Below are positions 9,713 through 19,853 of a DNA stretch of 64,000 bases, one piece after another (position 1 is the first letter of the stretch; each line of letters begins with the position of its first letter). The stretch is from an uncultured Spirochaetota bacterium (GTDB taxonomy: Bacteria > Spirochaetota > Brevinematia > Brevinematales > JAOACQ01). The stretch lies in contig CAWIGG010000002.1 in NCBI GenBank assembly GCA_963835575.1, forward strand, positions 1,280,001 through 1,344,000, read 5' to 3'. The position numbers were made by a program, and so were the translations under genes. The notes beneath the pieces were generated by a model, which saw only the letters and a list, made by a program, of their open reading frames with translations, did no database searches and was not told the origin of the DNA.

Positions 9713-10798
9713 TTAAGTAAAAACAACCAGCTCTTTTATCTGCTGTTTGATTGAGTTCGGCGAGCATTTAGGATTATACCAGTTTGGGATTTTATTCAGA
9801 TAATAATAGGCATCCTGAAGTTCCTTTTTTTCTATCAGGCAGATTGAAAGATTATAGAGCGAGTCCGGCTTCTTTGAAATTTTAATGGCTTCCTCAAAAT
9901 TTTTAACGGCGCGCGACAGGTCTCTGAGTTGAAAAAACACGCACCCCAGGTTGTAGTAAGCCCTCTCAAAGAGAGGCGCCAATGATATGGCCTCTTCAAA
10001 AGCATCCACGGCTTTTAAATGTTTTCCTTCTGCAGAGTATATATTGCCCAGATTATAATAAAAAACCGGATTATGTTTAAAATGGACAATAAGCCTTTCC
10101 AGATATTCTCTTGATTCATTGATTTTTCCAGCCTTATAAAGCTCCCTGCTGAGAATATACATCAGCCGCAAATCGGAATGAGCGAGCTTTAAAAAGCTTT
10201 CATGGCTTATGATATCTTTAATATAATCAGCATTACCTGAATTCTGGCAAATTTCGATAAAATCAATATAAACATCGCCTACTGCCGGATATTCTTTTAA
10301 TAGAGATTTCCCCTGCAATAGAGAAAGGTGATGGCGCTCATAAAGAAAATCCATAAATACCGATGCCCTTTGCTCTTCCAGAGGAAGTTCATAGGTCAAT
10401 CCGAAAAACTTGATTTTCTGCTTGATCATCTGCTGAGCATCGACAATTTTTCCATAGCGATGCAATTCTTTGATGGCAAAGACCCTGAGAAAATAATTGT
10501 TTTCGGAGAGCATTTTGTAGAGAATGTCGGTCAATTCATCCAGTTCCCCGGTCATGAACTTATACCAGTAAAGCGTATACAAGGCAAAACCGCTTAAATC
10601 ACTGTTCGTTTGAACAATATGCGCAATGTCTTTATAATTGGATTTCATCAGATAGATATAGAGGAGATAATCGAGACTTTTATCGCATTTCTCTTCTTTA
10701 TAGGATTCTAAAAATAAATAGAGCGCTTCCTCATAACTGCTTTTGTTAAAGGACTCTTTCGCGCTGTAAAAAAAATCTTTTTTAAGAAAGTTTTCCAT
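9713..10798 (-). CDS. Tetratricopeptide-repeat protein
   Basis: C-terminal TPRs FYYNLGNIY, AYYNLGCVF, SLYNLSICL. Confidence 0.85.
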   Translation of the reverse strand: MENFLKKDFFYSAKESFNKSSYEEALYLFLESYKEEKCDKSLDYLLYIYLMKSNYKDIAHIVQTNSDLSGFALYTLYWYKFMTGELDELTDILYKMLSENNYFLRVFAIKELHRYGKIVDAQQMIKQKIKFFGLTYELPLEEQRASVFMDFLYERHHLSLLQGKSLLKEYPAVGDVYIDFIEICQNSGNADYIKDIISHESFLKLAHSDLRLMYILSRELYKAGKINESREYLERLIVHFKHNPVFYYNLGNIYSAEGKHLKAVDAFEEAISLAPLFERAYYNLGCVFFQLRDLSRAVKNFEEAIKISKKPDSLYNLSICLIEKKELQDAYYYLNKIPNWYNPKCSPNSIKQQIKELVVFT

Positions 10799-10801
10799 AA
10801 T

Positions 10802-11911
10802 TTATAAATAACCCTGGATTAATATATCCTCTCCTATATTTTCGGAAGAAACATCCCTGACGTTAAGCGCATCGGCTATAGTTAAGTCATTCTTACTGTT
10901 TAAAAACGGGATACCGTCCCCTCCTAATATTTTCGGGGCAATAAACAGGACAAGCTTATCAGTAATTCTTTCTTTTAGGGCAAGAGAATAAACTCTGCTT
11001 CCTCCTTCAATCATTATAGATTCGATTTTTTTCTTTTCACCTAAATGGGCAATCACTTCTTTAAAATTAAAGTAATCTTTTCCTGATTGAGAATCCATAT
11101 GAGTATCAAATTCTATCCATTCTTTTTTAAATTTATCGCAAATTATCTTAAAATCCCTGTTATTTCCTTTTTTTATAATAAAAAATGTTCTGCCTTTATC
11201 CGCCATGACAAAAGAAGATTCAGTAGTTCTGCCATGCGGATCAAGGATAATCCTTAATGGATCTTTTAACTTACTCACCATACGGACATTCAGTTCCGGA
11301 TTATCTTTTAATACAGTGCCGGCTCCGACTAGAACAGCATCAACCCTATTTCTCATTTTATGAACATAACGGCGGCTTTCCTCGCAGCTGATCCATTTTG
11401 AATTTCCATATTTATCCGCAATATAACCATCCAGAGTCATTGCGCATTTTAAATAAACAAAAGGAAGACCTGTCTGTATATATTTAAAAAAATCTTCATT
11501 AAGTTTTTGTATTTCTTTATGATAATCATCCAATATTATCACTTCAATACCGGCCTTCCTCAGTTCCATAATGCCTTTTCCATTTATTTCAGGATTCTGG
11601 TCTATCATACCCACATATACCTTCTTTATTCCGGCTATTATAATTTCTCCGGCGCATGATGCTGTTTTTTTATCAGTGTAATTAATGCAGGGTTCTAATG
11701 TAACATATAATTCACCACCTTTTGCCTCATTTCCAGCTTCTTTAAGTGCTATTTTTTCAGCATGATCAGATCCGGCTTTCTGTGTCGCCCCTTCTCCGAT
11801 AATCCTGCCGCTTTTAACAATCAGGCATCCGACAGCCGGATTTGGAGAAGTTGTACCTTTAACCGATTCCGCCAATTCCACCGCTCTTAAAAAATATTTT
11901 TTAAAATTCAT
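10802..11911 (-). CDS. ribD: Riboflavin biosynthesis deaminase/reductase
   Basis: TSPNPAVGC, HAE, YVTLEPC, AMTLDG, SKWIS, VGAGTVLKDNP, IEGGS; start taken at ATG 11911. Confidence 0.95.
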   Translation of the reverse strand: MNFKKYFLRAVELAESVKGTTSPNPAVGCLIVKSGRIIGEGATQKAGSDHAEKIALKEAGNEAKGGELYVTLEPCINYTDKKTASCAGEIIIAGIKKVYVGMIDQNPEINGKGIMELRKAGIEVIILDDYHKEIQKLNEDFFKYIQTGLPFVYLKCAMTLDGYIADKYGNSKWISCEESRRYVHKMRNRVDAVLVGAGTVLKDNPELNVRMVSKLKDPLRIILDPHGRTTESSFVMADKGRTFFIIKKGNNRDFKIICDKFKKEWIEFDTHMDSQSGKDYFNFKEVIAHLGEKKKIESIMIEGGSRVYSLALKERITDKLVLFIAPKILGGDGIPFLNSKNDLTIADALNVRDVSSENIGEDILIQGYL

Positions 11912-11951
11912 GAAAAACTCCAAATTTTCTTCCGATGAATAAAGCACAGGT

Positions 11952-12164
11952 TGTGCATTAATGTGCTAAACTTTTAAGTATTCCCGGTAATTTTTTTAAC
12001 TTATTTATCTTTAACCATTTAAGTTCTTTTTTTAGAGAACTTTCATCCGGCGGCTTAAAAGACAAACCTATATGTGATGAATTCGTAATAAGATAGAGAT
12101 GTAAGGAAATGCTATGAAACACATACATAATTCAAGCTCCCGAAAATCAGCTTCTTGTGCAAAA
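11952..12164. promoter_or_regulatory. DnaA-box-like motifs in the ribD-dnaA spacer (candidate oriC part / dnaA autoregulation)
   Basis: TGTGCAAAA (12156-12164) matches TGTGNAWAA; TGTGCATTA (11952) and TGTGCTAAA (11962) each have one mismatch. Confidence 0.45.
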
Positions 12165-12210
12165 AGCTAAGTCTATTAATTGCTGTCCTTACAAGCAATT
12201 GTTTTTTTTA

Positions 12211-12240
12211 TTGAATTCTATTGACAGATTAATATATAAT
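12211..12240 (+). promoter_or_regulatory. Putative sigma70 promoter of dnaA
   Basis: TTGAAT-18 bp-TATAAT; GGGAGG RBS before ATG 12296. Confidence 0.5.
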
Positions 12241-12295
12241 AAATCCAGAATTTTTTCAATGAAAAACAAATCTATTAATAGGGGGAGGGTTTAAT

Positions 12296-13624
12296 ATGGA
12301 AATCTGGAGCAAAATCTATAATGAATTAACAAAAAGCTTTGATTCGTCTCTTAATACTGCCATACTTGATAAAATCAAGTTTAAAGAAATCCAGAATAAC
12401 GACACAATAGTACTTGTCGCGCCTGATCCTTTGACCTCGGGCTGGTTCAGCGATAATTACCTTGATCAGGCAAAAAGTCTTTCTAAAAGTTTATTTGATA
12501 AAGAATACCGTTTTCATATTGAAATAGCCTATTCAGACCAGTCTTATCAGAATATTACAGTAAAAAGCAGTAAAAAGCAAGCAGAAAAATCGGGTTTTTC
12601 ATACCTCAATCCAAAATATACTTTTGACAGGTTTATTGTCGGTCCCAACAATGATTTTGCTCATGCGGCTGCTGAACAGGTGGCAAACAATCCGGCCAGG
12701 TCATATAATCCTCTTTTTATTTACGGCAACGCGGCTCTCGGCAAAACCCATCTTCTTCAGGCAACAGCCCATAAAATCATTAAAGAGAAACCGGAATTGA
12801 ACGTTTTTTATACGACCAGCGAGAATTTTACAAATGAGTTCGTCGAATCGATAAAAAACGGAGAGACAAATAAATTCAGGAAAAAATACAGAAGCTTCGA
12901 TGTCCTCCTTGTAGACGACATTCAATTCTTTCAGCAGAAAGAAAGCACTCTCGAAGAATTATTCCATACTTTCAATGAACTTTTTCATGAAAGAAAACAG
13001 CTTATCTTTGCCTGTGACAGGCCGGCAAAAAGCTTATCTGCGATTGAAGACCGTCTGCGGACGCGTTTTGATTCAGGACTCAGCGTTAAAATTGAAGCAC
13101 CAAATTATGAAACCAGAAAAGCGATTCTCCTCTCGAAAGCTGCCGAAGAGAAAGTCTATATTCCTGTTGAAGCAATTGACTATATCGCCCAGAACGTTGA
13201 AAACGACATACGTCTTCTCGAAGGCTCGCTCACTAAAATCATCGCCTACTCAAGCCTGAAAAAGAAAGAGGTGTCTCTGGAACTGGCAAAGGAAATATTG
13301 AGAGATAAAATCAAAATGGATGTGCCGAAAAATATTACCATATCCGATATCCAGCGTGTTGTCTCAAAATATTTTAATATTACCGTTAACGATATAAAAT
13401 CAGACAGAAGGCTGGAAAACATTACATACGCCAGGCAGATTGCTATGTACCTGGCTAAAGAGCATACGAACCATTCATTAACGGAAATCGGCAACTTTTT
13501 CGGTAATAAAGCCCATACGACCGTGATGCGCTCGGCCGATAAAGTTATGAATCTGATTAAAAACCGTAAGAAGACAAAAAAAGAGATCGAAGATATCATC
13601 TCTGAGTTCTATAATACAAAATAA
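12296..13624 (+). CDS. dnaA: Chromosomal replication initiator DnaA
   Basis: LNPKYTFDRFIVGPNN, YNPLFIYG, LGKTHLL, LLVDDIQF, EELFHTFNEL, RLLEG, ARQIAMYL, HTTV. Confidence 0.97.
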   Translation: MEIWSKIYNELTKSFDSSLNTAILDKIKFKEIQNNDTIVLVAPDPLTSGWFSDNYLDQAKSLSKSLFDKEYRFHIEIAYSDQSYQNITVKSSKKQAEKSGFSYLNPKYTFDRFIVGPNNDFAHAAAEQVANNPARSYNPLFIYGNAALGKTHLLQATAHKIIKEKPELNVFYTTSENFTNEFVESIKNGETNKFRKKYRSFDVLLVDDIQFFQQKESTLEELFHTFNELFHERKQLIFACDRPAKSLSAIEDRLRTRFDSGLSVKIEAPNYETRKAILLSKAAEEKVYIPVEAIDYIAQNVENDIRLLEGSLTKIIAYSSLKKKEVSLELAKEILRDKIKMDVPKNITISDIQRVVSKYFNITVNDIKSDRRLENITYARQIAMYLAKEHTNHSLTEIGNFFGNKAHTTVMRSADKVMNLIKNRKKTKKEIEDIISEFYNTK

Positions 13625-13871
13625 AACTCATTCATCATTTTTACTTATTTTGACTCAAATCATTTGCATCTAAACAATTTCAATATCTTATCATTTCTTT
13701 CTGTTCCAATTAGTTATCTTATTGTATGTCATTTATATGTTAAATATGTTTATCTAATATTTAACATATATCTAATAATATTTAACAATATTTAAGTATT
13801 AAGGTTAGTATGAAAATTTATTAAAATAATCTCTTAATTTATCTGAATAAACAGCAATAAAGGAGAAAGAT

Positions 13872-15404
13872 ATGGTCAGTAAACTTTTTTCCATCTCTTT
13901 TTACGGCCTTAAAACCATTCCGATAGAAATTGAAGTAGACATTCAGACAAAAGTCATGAGTTTTGAAATTGTTGGAATGGTTGAGACTGCCGTAAAAGAA
14001 TCCACAAAAAGAATAGAAACAGCAATTCAAAATTCCGGATTCCATTATCCCGGTAAAAGGATCATTGTAAATCTTGCCCCGGCTGGAATTAAAAAAGTCG
14101 GGACCCTTTTTGACCTGGCAATTGCCGTCGGCATACTTAATGAGCAGTATTCATTTCAGGATCTCGATCAATATGTCATAGTCGGTGAATTATCACTGGA
14201 CGGCCAGATAAGACCGGTCGCCGGAGCGCTTCCTATAGCTTTGAAAGCAAAACAGCTGGGATTTAAAAAAATTCTCTGCCCGTATAAGAACGCTCCGGAA
14301 ATGGCTATTATTGAATCAATTGAAATCATCCCAGTCTCATCATTACTGGAAACGGTTAATTTTCTTTCCGGAAAACTAAACATTTCATCCTTTCCACACA
14401 AGGCACTTAATGATTCCGGTAATAATGGCGAATTTAATAATAACAATTCATCAATCGATATGTCAGATATAAAAGGGCAGGAATCGGCTAAAAGAGCTCT
14501 TGAAATCTGTTCCGCAGGAGGGCATAATGCACTGATGATAGGCCCTCCGGGAACAGGAAAAACTATGCTTGCGAAGAGAATCCCCACCATCCTTCCTGAA
14601 ATGACGCTGGATGAAGCTCTTGAGACAACAATGATATACAGTGTGGCCGGAATGGTTAATCAGGAAAAGCCTCTCATCATTGAAAGGCCTTTCAGGACTC
14701 CGCATCATACTGCATCGGATATTTCAGTCATAGGCGGAGGTAAATTTCCAAAACCCGGCGAGGTGAGTCTGGCCCATAACGGCGTTCTCTTCCTTGATGA
14801 ATTTCAGCTTTTTAAAAGCAATGTCCTGCAGGTACTGCGTCAACCTCTTGAAGATAGAAAAGTTACCATATCAAGGGCAGAAGGATCAGTTGAATTCCCT
14901 GGCAATTTCATACTTATCGCAGCGCTCAATCCTTCAAAAAAGAATACTGATATAGACCAATGGGACCAGCAGGATATCAGTACAATTTTAAAAAAAATTT
15001 CCGGACCGCTTCTGGACCGGATTGATGTCCAGATCCAGGTATCCCGGATTAAATATGAACAAATCCAATTAAAAGCTCCATCAGAATCATCCCTTAATAT
15101 TAGAAACCGCGTCATTAGAACAAGGAAAATACAGTATGACCGCCTTAAAAAATTCGGGCTTTATACAAATTCTCAGATGTCTCATAAACAGATTGAAGAA
15201 TTCTGTCCATTAACAAGCTCTGGTGAAAGTATCTTAAAACTGGCCATGGAAAAATTCATGCTGAGCATCAGGGTTTATGATAAAATATTAAAAATTGCCA
15301 GGACAATCGCTGATCTCGAAGAAAAAAAAGATATAGCGGATTATCACATTAGCGAGGCGCTTCAATACCGGATACTTGACAGGATACTGAATTTTATTAA
15401 TTAA
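13872..15404 (+). CDS. comM: YifB/ComM family Mg-chelatase-like AAA+ ATPase
   Basis: VNLAPAGIKKVG, GELSLDG, GPPGTGKT, RPFRTPHH, PGEVSLAHNGVLFLDE, ISGPLLDRID, ARTIADL. Confidence 0.92.
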   Translation: MVSKLFSISFYGLKTIPIEIEVDIQTKVMSFEIVGMVETAVKESTKRIETAIQNSGFHYPGKRIIVNLAPAGIKKVGTLFDLAIAVGILNEQYSFQDLDQYVIVGELSLDGQIRPVAGALPIALKAKQLGFKKILCPYKNAPEMAIIESIEIIPVSSLLETVNFLSGKLNISSFPHKALNDSGNNGEFNNNNSSIDMSDIKGQESAKRALEICSAGGHNALMIGPPGTGKTMLAKRIPTILPEMTLDEALETTMIYSVAGMVNQEKPLIIERPFRTPHHTASDISVIGGGKFPKPGEVSLAHNGVLFLDEFQLFKSNVLQVLRQPLEDRKVTISRAEGSVEFPGNFILIAALNPSKKNTDIDQWDQQDISTILKKISGPLLDRIDVQIQVSRIKYEQIQLKAPSESSLNIRNRVIRTRKIQYDRLKKFGLYTNSQMSHKQIEEFCPLTSSGESILKLAMEKFMLSIRVYDKILKIARTIADLEEKKDIADYHISEALQYRILDRILNFIN

Positions 15405-15488
15405 GGTCTTTTTAATAAATTATAAATAATTATTAAATAAAAGTTTTTAGAAATATCTAAAGTATTAAAGTTATTAGAAAATTATTCC

Positions 15489-16884
15489 GAGTTTTTGTCA
15501 AATGTTGTGTATGACATACCCTCTCATTTTTTTATGCTGCCTTTTTTACAAGCTCTCCGTTCTCAAAAACAGCGCCTTCCAATACAAGGCTAATCTTTTC
15601 ATAACCTCTTAATTTTCTCCATCGCCTGGATGCCTTATCCAGTAATTTATAGACCATTATTAGAATCGTTTCCCTGGTTCCGCAGCCTCTCATCTTTTTA
15701 GTTCTTAATCGAACTGTAGAGAAGGTAGATTCTATTACGTTTGTCGTACGGATATGTACCCAATGTTCCGCCGGACAGTTATAAAATTCGATCATAAGCT
15801 CCCAATCCTTTTCTAAACATTCGACAGCTGCTGGATATTTAGGATTAAAAACCGCCTGGAATAATTCAAAAGCTTTGATAGCATTATCCTTATCAGGAGC
15901 ATTGCATATCTCATGAAGCATCTCTTTTGCCTTTGACTGTAATACTTTGGGCAGCTTGTTTAGAATGTTCTTTATCTTATGAACCCAGCATCTCTGCCAT
16001 CTGGATTCAGGATATACTTCTTTGGCTGCTTTCCAGAATCCAAGGCTTCCGTCTCCGATAAAAAGAATAGGACCTTTCAAACCTTTTTCTTTTAGGTTTC
16101 TTAATATCCCTAACCAAGTCTCGGAATTCTCTCTGTAACCTTCTTCAACAAGAATAATCTCCTTTTCACCATTCTCATTGGCTCCGATCATTACAAGAGT
16201 GCATAAACGGTCTTCGCTGCCCTGTACATTGAAGTAAATGCCGTCAACCCATATATAGCAATACTTTTTATCGCTTAAATCGGATGTCCGCCACTCATCA
16301 TATTCTTTACCCCATCCTTGTTTCATTCTGCTTATACTTGAGGCTGATAATCCTTTCGCTTCTTCACCAAGCAATCCTCTCAAGGCATTCTCCATATCCA
16401 TCTCTGAGACTCCATAGAGATACAACAATGGAATGGCTTCCTCAATTCTCAGGCTTTTTCTCATATACGGCGGTACTATTAGGCTTTGAAAATTGTCGCC
16501 TCCGAGTCGGTTCCTTGTTCTCGGAATACATACATCAATAGCCCCTCCACCAATGAGAATCTGACGGGCTTTATGATACCCATTTCTTACTATTGCCTTT
16601 CTCCCGTCTTCGATAGTTAAATGCTCTCTCTCCTGAAGAAACCCATTAATTTCATCTTCCAGAGCCTTCTTGATTATTTCCCTGGCCCCGATCCTTGCCA
16701 ATTCTTCAAGACATAAAAATTCTACTGTTTCATCTTGATTAAAAGCCTGTAAGAGCTTAAAATCTTCGTTGTGCTTCGGCATATGGCGTATTCCTCCTTT
16801 TGTTTATTGTCGTAAATAAATTATAGAGGGTACGCCATCTTTTTTATAATATTTATTCCTATACACAACTTTCTATTATAACTC
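15489..16884 (-). mobile_element. IS256-family insertion sequence, apparently intact
   Basis: Imperfect terminal IRs GAGTTTTTGTCAAATGTTGTGTAT / ATACACAACTTTCTATTATAACTC; 9-bp target duplication AATTATTCC at 15480-15488 and 16885-16893. Confidence 0.93.
15532..16782 (-). CDS. IS256-family (Mutator) transposase
   Basis: RNGY, YIWVDGIY, FIGDGSLGFW, QRCWVHK, IRTTNVIES; an upstream hairpin ATGGCGTA..TACGCCAT (16783-16838) covers the RBS. Confidence 0.95.
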   Translation of the reverse strand: MPKHNEDFKLLQAFNQDETVEFLCLEELARIGAREIIKKALEDEINGFLQEREHLTIEDGRKAIVRNGYHKARQILIGGGAIDVCIPRTRNRLGGDNFQSLIVPPYMRKSLRIEEAIPLLYLYGVSEMDMENALRGLLGEEAKGLSASSISRMKQGWGKEYDEWRTSDLSDKKYCYIWVDGIYFNVQGSEDRLCTLVMIGANENGEKEIILVEEGYRENSETWLGILRNLKEKGLKGPILFIGDGSLGFWKAAKEVYPESRWQRCWVHKIKNILNKLPKVLQSKAKEMLHEICNAPDKDNAIKAFELFQAVFNPKYPAAVECLEKDWELMIEFYNCPAEHWVHIRTTNVIESTFSTVRLRTKKMRGCGTRETILIMVYKLLDKASRRWRKLRGYEKISLVLEGAVFENGELVKKAA

Positions 16885-16938
16885 AATTATTCCTGAATTT
16901 TCAGTTATTTATTTTGGTTTTTAGAAATGCGCTCAAAT

Positions 16939-16967
16939 TTGACTTAAATGTAAATCCTGATTAAAAT
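16939..16967 (+). promoter_or_regulatory. Putative sigma70 promoter of the tRNA
   Basis: TTGACT-17 bp-TAAAAT, 15 bp upstream of the tRNA. Confidence 0.6.
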
Positions 16968-16982
16968 ACATGAGCTTTTTTA

Positions 16983-17056
16983 GGGCCCATAGCTCAGCCG
17001 GTTAGAGCAACTGACTCATAATCAGTGGGTCCCTGGTTCGAGCCCAGGTGGGCCCA
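16983..17056 (+). tRNA. tRNA with CAT anticodon, most likely tRNA-Ile2 (lysidine-modified) rather than tRNA-Met; CCA not encoded
   Basis: Acceptor GGGCCCA/TGGGCCC+A, D arm AGCTCAGCCGGTTAGAGC, anticodon arm ACTGA-CTCATAA-TCAGT, T arm CCTGG-TTCGAGC-CCAGG; paired G1-C72 and no GGG/CCC anticodon stem argue against initiator tRNA. Confidence 0.9.
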
Positions 17057-17113
17057 AATCTAGTTTTAATTTTTAAATCAGTTATCACATCTTTTCTAAT
17101 CAAGGAGATAAAA

Positions 17114-17851
17114 ATGGAAAATATCGGCAGGATAAAGAATCTGGTCCAGTTGCAAGTCCTTTTCAACAGAGAAAAGGAAATCAGAAACCTCTATGCTGAA
17201 GAAGAAAAGAAGATGGATAAAGTGAAATTGGAAAATGAATCTCTTCTTGTTACAGAAAATGAGATTAAAATGAATATCAATGAAATGGAAAAGAAGATTA
17301 ATGAAGAACTGGGGAAAAGAGATGAGATTAATAAAAGAATAAATAGTCTTGATGAGGGAAAAGATAAAATAAAAATAGCCCGTCAGATCAAATCCTGGGA
17401 AAAGGAGATGGAAAAGCAGCAGCAGGAACAGAGCCTTATTCAGGCTCAAATAGATTATGACACAACAAAACAGCTGGAAATGAAAACCGAATTGGAAAAG
17501 ATTGTAACCAAAAGTGAAGAAAATATTAAAAAAATTGCAGAGCTGGAAGAACACATCAACTCAATCAAGAAAGAATATAAAAAAGAACTGGATAAAACCC
17601 AGAAAGACCAGAATAAGTTGAGAATTGATTTTGATCTTCAATTCATCGAATATTACGAATCCCTTCTGAAAAAGACAAAAGGGACGGCTATAGTCGAAGT
17701 TGAACAGGATGCTTGTTCAGGCTGTTATACCGTTCTTCCTACTAATCTGCAGGGCGAACTGGGTGAAGACCTTCCATCGGAGAACATTGATCTTTATCAG
17801 TGTCCTCATTGTTTCCGCTATCTTTATTATAAGGTATGGCTGGAAAGATAA
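17114..17851 (+). CDS. Coiled-coil protein with C4 zinc ribbon (DUF164 / CT398-HP0958-like)
   Basis: Long coiled coil then CSGC...CPHCFRYLY; AAGGAG RBS before ATG 17114. Confidence 0.85.
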   Translation: MENIGRIKNLVQLQVLFNREKEIRNLYAEEEKKMDKVKLENESLLVTENEIKMNINEMEKKINEELGKRDEINKRINSLDEGKDKIKIARQIKSWEKEMEKQQQEQSLIQAQIDYDTTKQLEMKTELEKIVTKSEENIKKIAELEEHINSIKKEYKKELDKTQKDQNKLRIDFDLQFIEYYESLLKKTKGTAIVEVEQDACSGCYTVLPTNLQGELGEDLPSENIDLYQCPHCFRYLYYKVWLER

Positions 17852-17855
17852 TCTT

Positions 17856-19340
17856 TTACCGGCTGTATAATTTTGTCATTTCCAACAATCTTTTTACCAG
17901 AGCATCATCCAAAGCCTTTTTACCGAATCTCCATTGCCAATTGCCGTTTGAAGTACCGGGCAGGTTCATTCTTCCTTCATTTCCCAATCCGAGAACGTCC
18001 TGAAGCGGAGTTATGGCGAACTCCGTAACTGAAGACCATGCCAGACGGATGATATCCCAATTAATTTCCCGGACTTCAGTCAGATAACTTTTCACAAAAT
18101 CCCTTTCTGTCTGGCCTAAAGATTTATACCAGCCTGTAATCGTATCATTATCATGTGTTCCTGTATAAACAACGCAGCTTTTAGGATAATGATGCGGCAG
18201 ATAAGGATTTTCAGGGCCGGAACCAAAAGCGAACTGCAGAATTTTCATTCCCGGCATGTGAAACGATTTTCTTAAATCGATCACATCAGGCGTAATATAT
18301 CCAAGATCTTCCGCTATGATCGGCAATTCTCCCAGAAATTTTTCCATCGACTTAAAAAACTCTTTACCCGGTCCTTTTTCCCACTTACCGCCGATCGCAG
18401 TTTTATCACCGTAAGGAACAGCCCAATAAGCGGCAAAACCCCGGAAATGGTCCAGACGTATATAATCAAAAAGCTCCATTGTTATCTCAAAACGATTTTT
18501 CCACCAGTAATAACCTCGCTTTTTCATTCGCTTCCAGTTATAGAGAGGATTGCCCCAGAGCTGTCCTGTTTCGCTGAAATAATCAGGCGGAACCCCTGCC
18601 ACTTTGACCGGTTCTCTATTTTTATTAAAATAGAAATACTCGGGATGGGACCATGCGTCAGAACTGTCAAAAGCCACAAAAAGCGGAATATCCCCGATAA
18701 TTTTAATATGCTTACTATTAGCGTATTTTTTTATTTCATTCCATTGTTTAAAAAATACAAACTGCATGAATTTTTGAAATGTTATTTCATCAACAGCCTT
18801 TTTTTTAAAATTCAATATTTCATGGGAATGATGGTTCCTGTATTCTTTTTCCCAGGTAGACCAGGCGGCGCCGTTATGGCGGCTTTTTAAAGCCATAAAA
18901 AGCGCATAATCATCCAGCCAGAATGAATTTTTCAGGCAGAATTCAGTAAAAGCTCTTTTTTCACCATCTTTCTGAATATGGATATTATTATTATAAGCCT
19001 TTCTCAAGACCGGATATTTGATATTGATGACTTTTCCATAATCAACATGATTTTCATCAAAAGACGCGCCGATTTCTATGTCTTCATTCAAAAGCAAACC
19101 TTCATCAGCAAGTTTATCTAAATCTATCAGAAGAGGGTTGCCGGCAAAAGCCGAAAAACATTGATACGGCGAATCGCCGTAACCGGTCGGGCCTAATGGA
19201 CATATCTGCCATAGCTTTTGCCCCGAGGCGGCCAGAAAATCGATGAAATTAAAAGCTTCTTTTCCCAGCGTTCCGATTCCGAACCTGCCGGGCAGTGAAG
19301 TGGGATGGAGTAAAATTCCGCTTTTTCTTTCAAGAACCAT
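17856..19340 (-). CDS. malQ: 4-alpha-glucanotransferase (amylomaltase, GH77)
   Basis: SGILLHPTSLP, GDSPY, GVPPDYFSETGQLWGNP, RLDHFRG, IAEDLG, YTGTHDNDT. Confidence 0.97.
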   Translation of the reverse strand: MVLERKSGILLHPTSLPGRFGIGTLGKEAFNFIDFLAASGQKLWQICPLGPTGYGDSPYQCFSAFAGNPLLIDLDKLADEGLLLNEDIEIGASFDENHVDYGKVINIKYPVLRKAYNNNIHIQKDGEKRAFTEFCLKNSFWLDDYALFMALKSRHNGAAWSTWEKEYRNHHSHEILNFKKKAVDEITFQKFMQFVFFKQWNEIKKYANSKHIKIIGDIPLFVAFDSSDAWSHPEYFYFNKNREPVKVAGVPPDYFSETGQLWGNPLYNWKRMKKRGYYWWKNRFEITMELFDYIRLDHFRGFAAYWAVPYGDKTAIGGKWEKGPGKEFFKSMEKFLGELPIIAEDLGYITPDVIDLRKSFHMPGMKILQFAFGSGPENPYLPHHYPKSCVVYTGTHDNDTITGWYKSLGQTERDFVKSYLTEVREINWDIIRLAWSSVTEFAITPLQDVLGLGNEGRMNLPGTSNGNWQWRFGKKALDDALVKRLLEMTKLYSR

Positions 19341-19349
19341 TTATATACC

Positions 19350-19703
19350 TTAACGGTAGGAACCTTTTCTCGCACTCTTGCGGTTTTGATAGAATACGAA
19401 TCCTGCGATAAGAACTACTGCAAAAACAACAATAATAATGGCAAAATTATCATTGATAATTTCATTTAAATTAAATTTAAAGTTTCTTCCGAAATTTTTG
19501 AAGCTCTTTTTGCCGAATAAATTAAAAACCGGCGCGCTTTTTTTCCCTGATCTATTTTTATTATTATAAGAATAATTCTGTCCATCCCTTGTTTGAAAAG
19601 CCTGCTGCCTGGACCTTGAGTTTCTTTTTGTTGTCGTTTCAAAGCATGAAGTTAATGTCAAAATCAATGAGATTGAACATAAAAAATAGAGGATTCTTTT
19701 CAT
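19350..19703 (-). CDS. Hypothetical small lipoprotein/membrane protein
   Basis: Signal with lipobox LTS-C and a C-terminal TM helix; co-oriented with malQ. Confidence 0.65.
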   Translation of the reverse strand: MKRILYFLCSISLILTLTSCFETTTKRNSRSRQQAFQTRDGQNYSYNNKNRSGKKSAPVFNLFGKKSFKNFGRNFKFNLNEIINDNFAIIIVVFAVVLIAGFVFYQNRKSARKGSYR

Positions 19704-19853
19704 TCAGCCTTCTTTCTCTTCTTAATATAAATTTCTTATTTATTATCGGAAGAGAGTATATAAAATATTTAATGCAGAATATTGAATCTTGCATCAGTTA
19801 TCAATTATAATATAAACCAGTAAAAAAGTGAAGCTATTGAAGGAGGGCCTTTT

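Noticed and set aside
11912..12295. FMN riboswitch upstream of ribD
   Set aside because: No RFN consensus blocks seen on the minus strand; the region is AT-rich promoter/origin-like DNA.
17048..17113. ORF-track start (GTG 17048) for the zinc-ribbon protein
   Set aside because: It overlaps the tRNA 3' end; ATG 17114 has a clear AAGGAG RBS.
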